DNA of 64,000 nt. It comes from Gammaproteobacteria bacterium (GTDB taxonomy: Bacteria > Pseudomonadota > Gammaproteobacteria > Eutrophobiales > Eutrophobiaceae). The DNA lies in assembly GCA_965221695.1 (NCBI GenBank), contig OZ244905.1:2336001-2400000 (forward strand). Direction: 5' to 3'. The position numbers and the translations under genes were made by a program. The notes under the pieces were generated by a model that had not been told where the DNA came from, did no database searches, and saw nothing but the letters and a program-made list of their open reading frames with translations. This document shows, in pieces, positions 1 through 8,290 of this stretch (its first letter is position 1; every line of letters starts with the position of its first letter).

Positions 1-2
1 GC

Positions 3-1241
3 GGTTGGGAATACCGGCGGCGGTTCGACCTGCGCCAGTTGCTGAACCGGGCATCGTTTGTGCTGCCGCTGAATTTCGGGGCTGACGACGGTAGCGAATC
101 CGGCGAGCCGGGTAAAGTGGTCACGTTATGGGGCGAGGGCAGTTACACCGACCTGCGCAGCAAGGGCAATAATGCGGTGACTTGGGACGGCGGCGTGGCG
201 AATTTCCACTTGGGCGCGGATATCGAGGCGACCGAGCAGTTGCTGCTGGGCGCGGCCCTGTCCCGCACTGAGGGCCGGTTTGACTATACCGACCGCAGTG
301 ATGCCCGGCGCGCCTTCACGGGGGATTACGACATCAGCCTGACGAGTCTGTATCCGTATGCGGACTGGATGGTGTCGCCGGACCTGAGTATCTGGGGCGC
401 TTTGGGGTATGGTTTGGGCGAGTTGGACCTGACGGTGGACGATGAGGGGTACCGGCAGGAGTCTGATGTGGATATGTACTCGGCGGCATTGGGCGTGACG
501 GGTCGTTTCTTCCGGCGTGGTGGTTGGCAGTTGGGTTACCAGGGCGAGGCGATGTATGCGGCAATGTCGGTCGAGGATGCGCCGGATATCGATGTGCAGC
601 GTGTGCGGGCGGTATTGGAGGGCAGGCATATGGCGGCGATGGAGGCGGGGCAGTTTGAGCAGTTTGCCGAGTTGGGCGTGCGTATTGACGGCGGCGATGC
701 GCAAAGCGGGGCCGGGTTGGACCTGGCCGGTGGTGTGCGCTATGCGACGGACACGGGCTGGGCGTTACAGTTGCGCGGCGCCGGGTTGCTGGCGAACTCG
801 AATTACCGTGAGTGGCAGGTGAGCGGGTTGTTGGAGAAGGCGTACCAGGCGGACGGCACCGGTTGGATGCTGCGGTTGACGCCGCATTACAGTCCGGTCC
901 GCAGTCTGGGCAGCATTGAGGGCGGCGCCCGGCAGTTGTGGGAGCGTAATATTGACGACATGGTGCGCGGCCAGCGCAGTCCGACTTCGGATGAGTACCG
1001 GTTCGGCATGGAGACGGAGGTGGGCTATGGCCTGTTCATCCGAGACCGGTTATGGACCGTATACAGCCGCACTACGGGCTTGGGCGAACGTTCCCGCCGG
1101 TTCATGCTGGGCACGGAGATGAGCGACGTGTTACTGGGTGGCAGTGTACTGCGGGTAGGATTTGAAGGCGTGCGCGAAGAATCCTGGAACATATCACCGG
1201 AGCACAGCTTCTGGCTGAACCTGCAGTGGGGTTACAGGTAA
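3..1241 (+). CDS. Autotransporter-like outer-membrane beta-barrel domain, C-terminal part of a larger gene (5' truncated by the window edge)
   Basis: Frame is open from position 3. Alternating amphipathic beta-strands (LWGEGSY, FHLGAD, LYPYADW, ELGVRIDGGDAQSGAGLDLAGGVRY, METEVGYG) are typical of autotransporter beta domains. Confidence 0.75.
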   Translation, partial: GWEYRRRFDLRQLLNRASFVLPLNFGADDGSESGEPGKVVTLWGEGSYTDLRSKGNNAVTWDGGVANFHLGADIEATEQLLLGAALSRTEGRFDYTDRSDARRAFTGDYDISLTSLYPYADWMVSPDLSIWGALGYGLGELDLTVDDEGYRQESDVDMYSAALGVTGRFFRRGGWQLGYQGEAMYAAMSVEDAPDIDVQRVRAVLEGRHMAAMEAGQFEQFAELGVRIDGGDAQSGAGLDLAGGVRYATDTGWALQLRGAGLLANSNYREWQVSGLLEKAYQADGTGWMLRLTPHYSPVRSLGSIEGGARQLWERNIDDMVRGQRSPTSDEYRFGMETEVGYGLFIRDRLWTVYSRTTGLGERSRRFMLGTEMSDVLLGGSVLRVGFEGVREESWNISPEHSFWLNLQWGYR

Positions 1242-1242
1242 T

Positions 1243-1560
1243 AAAGAGTCGCCCTGCGGGCGACACAGTGTTCGACTGGACTCCCACTTTCGTGGGAGTG
1301 GTAAGGTGGTGTGGCGCACGGGAGTGCCCCCACCCCCATTCCCGTGGAAACGGGAATCCAGTGAGACAAAGAGTCGCCCTGCGGGCGACACAGTGTTCGA
1401 CTGGACTCCCACTTTCGTGGGAGTGGTAAGGTGGTGTGGCGCACGGGAGTGCCCCCACCCCCATTCCCGTGGAAACGGGAATCCAGGTAAACTAAGGGGT
1501 CGCCCTTCGGGCGACACAGCATTCCACTGGACTCCCGTTTGCACGGGAGTGGTAAAGTGG
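1243..1560. repeat. Tandem array (~2.5 copies, 125-bp period) of REP/dRS3-like palindromic units
   Basis: The unit AAAGAGTCGCCCTGCGGGCGAC... starts at 1243 and 1368, with a diverged partial copy at ~1494. Full units contain CTGGACTCCC-N8-GGGAGTG and the inverted CATTCCC-N8-GGGAATCCAG. Confidence 0.9.
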
Positions 1561-1624
1561 CGGGGTGTATTGGAGCGCGTGCATCCTTGAACCGTAGAAG
1601 CCTCTGACATAAACAGGTTCCGTA

Positions 1625-3322
1625 ATGCAAAAAATTAGCGTGATTATTCTGGTAGTCGCCCTGACAGCGCTGGCTGGCTGTTCTGATCAGGCTGCCACAG
1701 ACAACCCCGACCCGCGACCTAACATTTTGTTGATTATAGCCGATGACCTGGGTTATTCCGACCTGGGCAGATTCGGCGGCGAGATCAATACGCCGGAGTT
1801 GGATGCGCTGGCGGATGCCGGCAAGATGCTGACCCACTTCCACGTCGCGCCTACCTGTTCGCCCACCCGGGCCATGTTGATGTCCGGCGCAGACGCCCAT
1901 CGCGCCGGGCTGGGAACCATGAACGGGCTCTGGTCCGATGAACAAAAAGGCAAACCCGGCTACGAGGGCTTCCTGAACAAGGATATCGTTACTTTCGTGA
2001 GACTGCTCAAGGAAGCCGGCTATCACACCTATATGTCGGGCAAGTGGCAACTGGGTTACGAGGAAGGATACTATCCCCTGGACCGGGGTTTCGAGGAAGC
2101 TTTCTGGCTGGAACATGGCGGCGCGAGTCATTTCGCCGATATGAAGGGGATTACCGAATATCCGGCGGTCGCGCACTGGTCGGAGGGCAGGACGCGGTTA
2201 AAGACATTACCCGAGGATTTTTACTCGTCCGTTAATTTTACCGATAAGATGATTGAATACATCGATAAAAACCGCACGGACGGCAAACCGTTCTTCGCCT
2301 ACGCCGCATATACCGCGCCCCACTGGCCGTTGCAAGCGCCCCGGGAGTATATCGATAAGTATGAGGGAGTTTATGATCAGGGTTACGATGCCATTCGCAA
2401 CCAACGCCTCGAACGTATGCGGGCCGCCGGCCTGGTCGAGGCAGGACAGGTACCCGCCGCACAGCATCCCGAATGGCCTGGCTGGGATGAGCTTGACAGC
2501 GAGCAGAAGAAACTGGAAGTGCGCAGGATGCAGGTTTACGCGGCGATGGTGGATGCGCTCGACGAAAATATCGGCCGCTTGATCCGGTACCTGAAAGACA
2601 CGGGAGAGTATGAAAACACCTTTATCCTGTTTTTCTCCGATAACGGCGCTGAAGGCAACAATCCGCTTGATATCTATACAAATCCTGACTGGGTCCCTGC
2701 CAATTTCGATAACAGCTATGAAAACATGGGCAAGTCGGGTTCTTATCATTCCACCGGGCCGGGTTGGGCGCATGTGAGCAACACGCCGTTCCATATGTAT
2801 AAAGGTTTCCCCACCCAGGGCGGCCTGCTGTCGCCTGCCATTGCGGTATATCCGGGAAAGATCGAGGCCGGCAGCCGGTCCGATGCCTTTATCACCATCC
2901 TGGATGTGGCGCCTGCTTTGCTGCAATTGGCAGGCGTCTCCCATCCTGCCCCGGAATTTCAGGGCCGCCGGGTTCACCCGTTGATTGGCCAGTCATTCTA
3001 TCCGCACCTGATCGGTGAGCAGCCGTTTGTCCATAACCAGGAATATGTATATGGTCTTGAGCTGTTCAACCGGCGTATGATCCGCCAGGGTGACTGGAAA
3101 CTCCTGTGGAATAACCGGCCCTGGGGCAACGAGGCTTGGGAGTTGTACAACCTGGAGGATGACCCGGGGGAGCAGAATGACCTGGCGCAGTCCCGGCCCG
3201 GGAAATTACAGGATATGCTGGTGTTGTGGGAACAATACGTCGACGAAAATGACGTGTTTGTGTTTGATGGGTTGAAAATACGTTTTACCAATGGGAAGAA
3301 TCATTATGTCTATGACCAGTAA
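1625..3322 (+). CDS. Arylsulfatase (Cys-type, formylglycine-dependent), lipoprotein
   Basis: PNILLIIADDLG, the sulfatase signature CSPTRAMLMSG, GKWQLG, APHWPLQAP and SDNG are present. Lipobox LAGC. Confidence 0.93.
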   Translation: MQKISVIILVVALTALAGCSDQAATDNPDPRPNILLIIADDLGYSDLGRFGGEINTPELDALADAGKMLTHFHVAPTCSPTRAMLMSGADAHRAGLGTMNGLWSDEQKGKPGYEGFLNKDIVTFVRLLKEAGYHTYMSGKWQLGYEEGYYPLDRGFEEAFWLEHGGASHFADMKGITEYPAVAHWSEGRTRLKTLPEDFYSSVNFTDKMIEYIDKNRTDGKPFFAYAAYTAPHWPLQAPREYIDKYEGVYDQGYDAIRNQRLERMRAAGLVEAGQVPAAQHPEWPGWDELDSEQKKLEVRRMQVYAAMVDALDENIGRLIRYLKDTGEYENTFILFFSDNGAEGNNPLDIYTNPDWVPANFDNSYENMGKSGSYHSTGPGWAHVSNTPFHMYKGFPTQGGLLSPAIAVYPGKIEAGSRSDAFITILDVAPALLQLAGVSHPAPEFQGRRVHPLIGQSFYPHLIGEQPFVHNQEYVYGLELFNRRMIRQGDWKLLWNNRPWGNEAWELYNLEDDPGEQNDLAQSRPGKLQDMLVLWEQYVDENDVFVFDGLKIRFTNGKNHYVYDQ

Positions 3323-5021
3323 TGCGTTGAAATTTGCAAGACTTATCCTGCTGTTGGCGCTGGTTTACAGCGGCGGTTGCGCTGAGCCCGCACAGGAGAC
3401 GGTCTATACCAACGGCTTTATCTACACGGTGAATCCAGAACAACCAACAGCCGAAGCAGTGGCGGTCAGGGACGGGGTGATCGTTGCGGTAGGTAGTAAC
3501 GAGGAAACACTGGCACAGGCCTCGGATCGGGCGCGGGTTGTGGACCTTGACGGCAAGATGTTGATGCCGGGGATCCACGACATGCATGCTCACCCGATGG
3601 AGGCCGGTGAAAAATACAACTTCCAGTGCGGGTTCCCGTTTACTTTCACGGTGGAGCAGATCGTCGCGAAACTGACCGAGTGCGCGGCCGAAACACCTCC
3701 CGGCGAGTGGATTCGCGGCGGCCAATGGGCGATGGAGCTGATGGAAACCGACACGGTGCCCCACAAGGACATCCTCGATGCAATCACCCGGGACCATCCG
3801 ATTTACCTGGGCGATTCGACCGTGCATGCCGCCTGGCTGAATTCACTGGCCCTGGCCGAAATGGGGATCGATGCGAACACTCCGGACCCGCAGGGCGGCG
3901 TAATCATCAGGGAACAGGGCAGCATGGAGCCGACCGGTATCCTGGTCGATAACGCGGCCTATAACATCATATCGAAGTTGCCGGCCTATACCGAGGAACA
4001 ATACAAGGATGCGTTGGAATGGTCGATGCGTGAAATGAACAAGGTCGGCGTCACCACGATCAAGGACGCGCTGACGGACGGGCGTTCACTGAAAGCCTAC
4101 AAGGGACTGGACGAGAGTGGCCGGCTGACGATGAAAGTCAGTACCAGTATTGCCTGGAGAATGCTCTGGACCGATTACGAGAAGAACGTCAGCGAGCGCG
4201 CCGAGTACGCAACGGAGAATGTCGGTACGGAATTCATCAAGATCATGCTGGATGGCATCCCGCCGACCCGCACCTCGGCAATGCTGGATCCATATCTGCC
4301 GGACGACAAGCATGGCGACAGTTTCACCGGCAAGCTGATCCATTCTCCCGAGCGTTTGACCGAAGACATGATCTACCTGGACGGCCAGGGCTTGACGGTG
4401 AAGGTTCACGCCACCGGCGACCGCGCAGTCAGGGTCACGCTGGATGCCGTTGAGGCGGCGCGCAAGGCCAACGGCGACTCGGGGATGATGCACGAGATTT
4501 CCCATGCGGAGCTGATCCATCCGGATGATATCCCTCGCTTCAAGCAGTTGAATGTGATCGCGGAATTCTCGCCGATCCTGTGGTACCCATCCCCGCTGGT
4601 GGCGGTTATGACCGGGGTGATCGGAGAAGAAAGAGCAAACCGGTTCTGGCCGACTAAACAACTGCTGGAGGCCGGCGCGCACATCATCTACGGTTCCGAT
4701 TGGCCGTCGGTAGTGCCCGACCCCAACCCCTGGCCGGGCATCGAGGCGATGGTGACCCGGCGCGACCCCTATGGCAACTCCCCGGGCGCGTTATGGCTGG
4801 AACAAGCGGTTGACCTGGAGACGGCGTTGCGGATATTCACCGCCAACGGCGCGGTGGCCGGTAAGCAGCCGGCGCGCACAGGCATGATCGAGGTCGGCAA
4901 GTCCGCCGATTTCATCGTCCTCGACCGGAACCTGTTCGAGATCCCGCCGGAGGACATCAGCAACACACAGGTCCTGCTGACAGTGGTATCAGGCCAGGAA
5001 GTCTACCGCGCGGAGCAGTAA
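3312..5021 (+). CDS. Amidohydrolase-3 (YtcJ-like) metal-dependent hydrolase, probable lipoprotein
   Basis: PGIHDMHAH, HATGDRAV, SHAE, GSDWP and GKSADFIVLD motifs. Signal peptide ends in SGGC. Start overlaps the sulfatase stop; exact start uncertain (3291/3306/3312). Confidence 0.88.
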   Translation: MTSNALKFARLILLLALVYSGGCAEPAQETVYTNGFIYTVNPEQPTAEAVAVRDGVIVAVGSNEETLAQASDRARVVDLDGKMLMPGIHDMHAHPMEAGEKYNFQCGFPFTFTVEQIVAKLTECAAETPPGEWIRGGQWAMELMETDTVPHKDILDAITRDHPIYLGDSTVHAAWLNSLALAEMGIDANTPDPQGGVIIREQGSMEPTGILVDNAAYNIISKLPAYTEEQYKDALEWSMREMNKVGVTTIKDALTDGRSLKAYKGLDESGRLTMKVSTSIAWRMLWTDYEKNVSERAEYATENVGTEFIKIMLDGIPPTRTSAMLDPYLPDDKHGDSFTGKLIHSPERLTEDMIYLDGQGLTVKVHATGDRAVRVTLDAVEAARKANGDSGMMHEISHAELIHPDDIPRFKQLNVIAEFSPILWYPSPLVAVMTGVIGEERANRFWPTKQLLEAGAHIIYGSDWPSVVPDPNPWPGIEAMVTRRDPYGNSPGALWLEQAVDLETALRIFTANGAVAGKQPARTGMIEVGKSADFIVLDRNLFEIPPEDISNTQVLLTVVSGQEVYRAEQ

Positions 5022-5204
5022 GCCGCCAGTAAAACGATGTCCGGTCATCCCGGCCGGGCTGGGCGATATGGATGTCGGCGTGGTTACCCTGGATACCGCT
5101 GGTCAGATGTAGGGAACCGGGACAAAGTTATGGCAACTGAATCCTGAACAGACCGAAGCCGAACAAAGTTTGACGCAAGGTTTACGTTGGCAATAAGCAA
5201 ATAA

Positions 5205-5241
5205 CCTTGAAAATCGGTAGTTGATCTAACGATTTTCAAGG
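5205..5241. promoter_or_regulatory. Inverted repeat (candidate operator) directly upstream of the ATPase gene
   Basis: CCTTGAAAATCG-N13-CGATTTTCAAGG has perfect 12-bp arms and ends 15 bp before the ATG at 5257. Confidence 0.55.
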
Positions 5242-5256
5242 AATATCATATCGACC

Positions 5257-6414
5257 ATGTTGCTAGAACGCCCCCAGGCTATCGCCGCTATCAACGCCGC
5301 TTTTCGTGTCCACCAGGCTGTGGCATTAACCGGCCCGCGCCAATGTGGCAAGACTACCCTGGCGCGCATGTTTGCTGAAGATGAGCCGGCAGTCACGTTT
5401 TACGACCTGGAGAAAGCGGTTGACCGCCGGAAACTGGAAGCGCCCGAACAGACCCTGTCGCAACTGGCCGGCCTGGTTATTATAGATGAAGTGCAACGAC
5501 AACCGCAGTTGTTTGAAGTGATGCGTGTGTTGTTGGACCAAACTGCATACACAACTCGCTTCCTGCTGTTGGGCAGCGCCTCATTTGGGCTGATAAAAGA
5601 TGTGTCAGAGACGCTGGCCGGGCGCGTCGGACTGGTAGATTTGTCCGGTTTCAATCTGAGCGAAACGGGAACTGAGCGTTGGCAAAAACTATGGCTCCAG
5701 GGTGGTTTCCCGCGCAGCTATCTTGCAGCGGATGACGCTGATTCTGCTCTGTGGCGACAGAATTTTACCCGGACTTTTCTTGAGCGGGATATCCCGCAAT
5801 TTGGAATCTCCATTCCCACCGAGTCGCTCTGGCGTTTCTGGACCATGATTGCGCATTATCATGGTCAGGTATGGAATGCGGCGGAGTTTGCCCGCTCCAT
5901 GGGCAATAGTGAGGCGACCGCGCGCCGATATCTCGATATACTGTGCGGGGCTTACATGGTCAGAGCGCTGACACCCTGGCATGAGAACCTGAAGAAACGC
6001 CAGGTAAAATCCCCCAAAGTGTACCTGCGCGACAGCGGCCTGTTGCATACATTATTGAACCTTGACTCGTTCGATGCGCTTAGTGGCCACCCCAAACTTG
6101 GGGCTTCCTTCGAGGGGTTTGTTATCGAACAACTGCTGGCTGCGTTGAATACGACAAATCCGAGTTTTTGGGCGACCCACGGCGGCGCTGAGTTGGACTT
6201 GCTGGTTACCATTGCCGGCAAACGCTACGGATTCGAATGCAAGTATAACGATGCGCCGGGAACTTATCGCTCAATGCACACTGCTATAAATGACCTGCGC
6301 CTGCAACACCTTTGGGTCATTTATCCCGGCGCTGAGGCGTATGACCTCACCGACAAGATCTCAGCCCTGCCGGTAACGGGTATTATCCGACTGGCAGAGC
6401 AACTGGCGAGCTGA
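5257..6414 (+). CDS. AAA+ ATPase, COG1373 type (AAA_14 + DUF4143, C-terminal PD-(D/E)xK-like region)
   Basis: Walker A GPRQCGKTT, Walker B IIDEVQ, LLGSAS, ETLAGR, GGFP, KSPKVYLRDSG and C-terminal ELDL...FECK. Confidence 0.9.
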   Translation: MLLERPQAIAAINAAFRVHQAVALTGPRQCGKTTLARMFAEDEPAVTFYDLEKAVDRRKLEAPEQTLSQLAGLVIIDEVQRQPQLFEVMRVLLDQTAYTTRFLLLGSASFGLIKDVSETLAGRVGLVDLSGFNLSETGTERWQKLWLQGGFPRSYLAADDADSALWRQNFTRTFLERDIPQFGISIPTESLWRFWTMIAHYHGQVWNAAEFARSMGNSEATARRYLDILCGAYMVRALTPWHENLKKRQVKSPKVYLRDSGLLHTLLNLDSFDALSGHPKLGASFEGFVIEQLLAALNTTNPSFWATHGGAELDLLVTIAGKRYGFECKYNDAPGTYRSMHTAINDLRLQHLWVIYPGAEAYDLTDKISALPVTGIIRLAEQLAS

Positions 6415-6445
6415 CCGGGCTGCCGATCTTCAGATAAATTCATAG

Positions 6446-6474
6446 AAAAAGCCGACCCGGAGGTCGGCTTTTTT
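6446..6474. terminator. Bidirectional rho-independent terminator
   Basis: AAAAAGCCGACC-CGGA-GGTCGGCTTTTTT lies between convergent genes, with an A run on one side and a T run on the other. Confidence 0.9.
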
Positions 6475-6494
6475 GGTCAGCAGACCAAATGAAG

Positions 6495-6800
6495 CTACTG
6501 GATAAGATTTTCCAGTTTTTTGTACGTCAGCATCGAGTCTATTGTCTTTACGATGCAACCAAGGTTGCTGCGTATCAACGCGTCCTCGAGACTTTCGTCC
6601 TTATCGACCTTGCTGCTCCGGCGGGTGGTATTGCCGGTCTTATCGTATGCACGATAAACGATTTGCGGCTTTACTTCCGTCAGTGCGCATTTGAGCATCA
6701 CCTTCCTGGCATCGGCCAGGTATGGACTGGCTACTGCCTGGCTGCCCACGATAAGGAGCACAAAAACAATCACTACGTATTTCAGTGATATCTTCATCAT
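6495..6800 (-). CDS. Small secreted hypothetical protein
   Basis: Sec-type signal peptide (MMKISLKYVVIVFVLLIVGSQAVA), AGGAG RBS upstream, two Cys; it ends just before the terminator. Confidence 0.65.
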   Translation of the reverse strand: MMKISLKYVVIVFVLLIVGSQAVASPYLADARKVMLKCALTEVKPQIVYRAYDKTGNTTRRSSKVDKDESLEDALIRSNLGCIVKTIDSMLTYKKLENLIQ

Positions 6801-6962
6801 ATTTCTCCTGTGATTGGACCACGAGAGGAATACGCCCGGGGGCGTATTTCAGCCCTCGGGTCGGTTGCTGTTGTCATGTCCGCGAAGGACACGATCATCC
6901 CGCGGAGCGGGAATGATTCTTTTGGGATGTGTCGGGTTTCGGCCGGCATAAACAAAGCTGCT

Positions 6963-8285
6963 CTAATCCAGCGAATAACATCCGATACTGTTGCCGTTTA
7001 CCCACTGTGCACAGCATCGGTTGCCCAACTGGTGCATCGGCGGCCCGCAGGTCAGACAGAATTTTGTCCCGGTTGTCATCCTGCTGTCGGCGTTGCAATT
7101 GGTCAGGGTACGCGTCTGCGTAAAGGTTTTTCCGGCGCAGATTGTATCCGCGGGAGGCGCCCAGGCCGTTGCCGCGCAGGAGAGGACAGGCGGTTTTGTG
7201 CCGATCGCGGTACGGCTCTCGGTACTGCAGTCAGCCAGAGTACGCGTTTGCGTAAAGGTTTCCCCACTCAAGACCGTATTGGCGGGAGGCGCCCAGGCCG
7301 TTGCCGCGCAGGAGGGGACAGGTGGTTTTGTGCCGATCGCGGTGCGGCTCTCGGTACTGCAGTCAGCCAGGGTACGCGTCTGCGTAAAGGTTTCCCCACT
7401 CAAGACCGTATTGGCGGGAGGCGCCCAGGCCGTTGCCGCGCAGGAGGGGACAGGTGGTTTTGTGCCGATCGCGGTACGGCTCTCGGTACTGCAGTCAGCC
7501 AGGGTACGCGTTTGCGTAAAGGTTTCCCCGCTCAAGACCGTACTGGCGGGAGGCGCCCAGGCCGTTGCCGCGCAGTATGAAGCGCATGATTTTGTGCCGA
7601 TCGCGGTGCGGTTCTCGATACTGCAATCAGCCAGCGTTCGGGACTGAGAGAAACTATCTCCGATACACACCGTGCCGGCGGACGGTTTCCAGGCGCTGAC
7701 TGAACAGACGCTTGTCGGAGGCGATGGCACGCGCGATGGAGGTGGAGAAACCGGTTCACAGGGTCCGTTGTCGACCTGCCCGGTGCGGCTCCTGACGGCA
7801 GGCACGCACAGGTTCGGGCAGGGTTTTTCAGCGTCGCCGGTCACCGTGCAAGCGCTTTGTTGTGTGTAACTGCGCACACCGCAGCCGGATGGCGGATTGC
7901 CGGTCCACGCTGACCAGGTTTCGGCTATCTGACACCAATCCTTTTCCGGGTTTGCTTTAATATGTTCAAGGAAGTTGTTGAACGCTGGTTCGTCTTTGAG
8001 CAGTACCGGAAATCCCCCTGCGCGATCTGGGTCGACCCATAACCGATACGGGTACGGGTGTTGCGTGCTACCACTGAAGCGTCTGACGATATTTCGGTCA
8101 TCTTCCGGCCACAGGATCATTATGTCTGGTTGACCGCTTTGCCAGTAACCTTCGTCGCCATAGTCGTTGGCGCGCTTAACGGTGTCGCTGATGGTCTGGG
8201 CATTGAGCGTATGAATAAACAGGAGCGCCGGCAATACTATGACGGCCAGAGATGTCGGAATTGTGGTTTTGTAGAACATGGTCAT
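6963..8285 (-). CDS. Secreted Cys-rich repeat protein with a thrombospondin-type-1-like segment; putative pilus-associated adhesin
   Basis: Signal peptide, a WSAW...CG..R segment and five 44-aa repeats. Last large gene of the pil cluster. Confidence 0.7.
   Translation of the reverse strand: MTMFYKTTIPTSLAVIVLPALLFIHTLNAQTISDTVKRANDYGDEGYWQSGQPDIMILWPEDDRNIVRRFSGSTQHPYPYRLWVDPDRAGGFPVLLKDEPAFNNFLEHIKANPEKDWCQIAETWSAWTGNPPSGCGVRSYTQQSACTVTGDAEKPCPNLCVPAVRSRTGQVDNGPCEPVSPPPSRVPSPPTSVCSVSAWKPSAGTVCIGDSFSQSRTLADCSIENRTAIGTKSCASYCAATAWAPPASTVLSGETFTQTRTLADCSTESRTAIGTKPPVPSCAATAWAPPANTVLSGETFTQTRTLADCSTESRTAIGTKPPVPSCAATAWAPPANTVLSGETFTQTRTLADCSTESRTAIGTKPPVLSCAATAWAPPADTICAGKTFTQTRTLTNCNADSRMTTGTKFCLTCGPPMHQLGNRCCAQWVNGNSIGCYSLD
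7047..7706 (-). repeat. Five in-frame 132-bp (44-aa) tandem repeats
   Basis: GCGGGAGGCGCCCAGG recurs at 7150, 7282, 7414 and 7546. Unit is CAATAWAPPANTVLSGETFTQTRTLADCSTESRTAIGTKPPVPS. Confidence 0.95.
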
Positions 8286-8290
8286 GATCC

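Noticed and set aside
1243-1560. Possible CRISPR array
   Set aside because: Whole 125-bp units, including would-be spacers, are duplicated. There are no unique spacers and no cas genes.
1102-2176. Several ORFs (1102-1464, 1194-1610, 1226-1429, 1232-2176, 1306-1590) with repeated peptides
   Set aside because: They are translations of the palindromic repeat array or antisense to the sulfatase.
5040-5125. GTCATCCCGGCC-like repeat remnant or ncRNA after the amidohydrolase
   Set aside because: It is too degenerate, with no clear stem or second copy in the window.
6810-7647. Repeat-containing plus-strand ORFs (256 aa, 218 aa)
   Set aside because: They are antisense shadows of the 132-bp repeats. 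The minus-strand ORF has the signal peptide and operon context.
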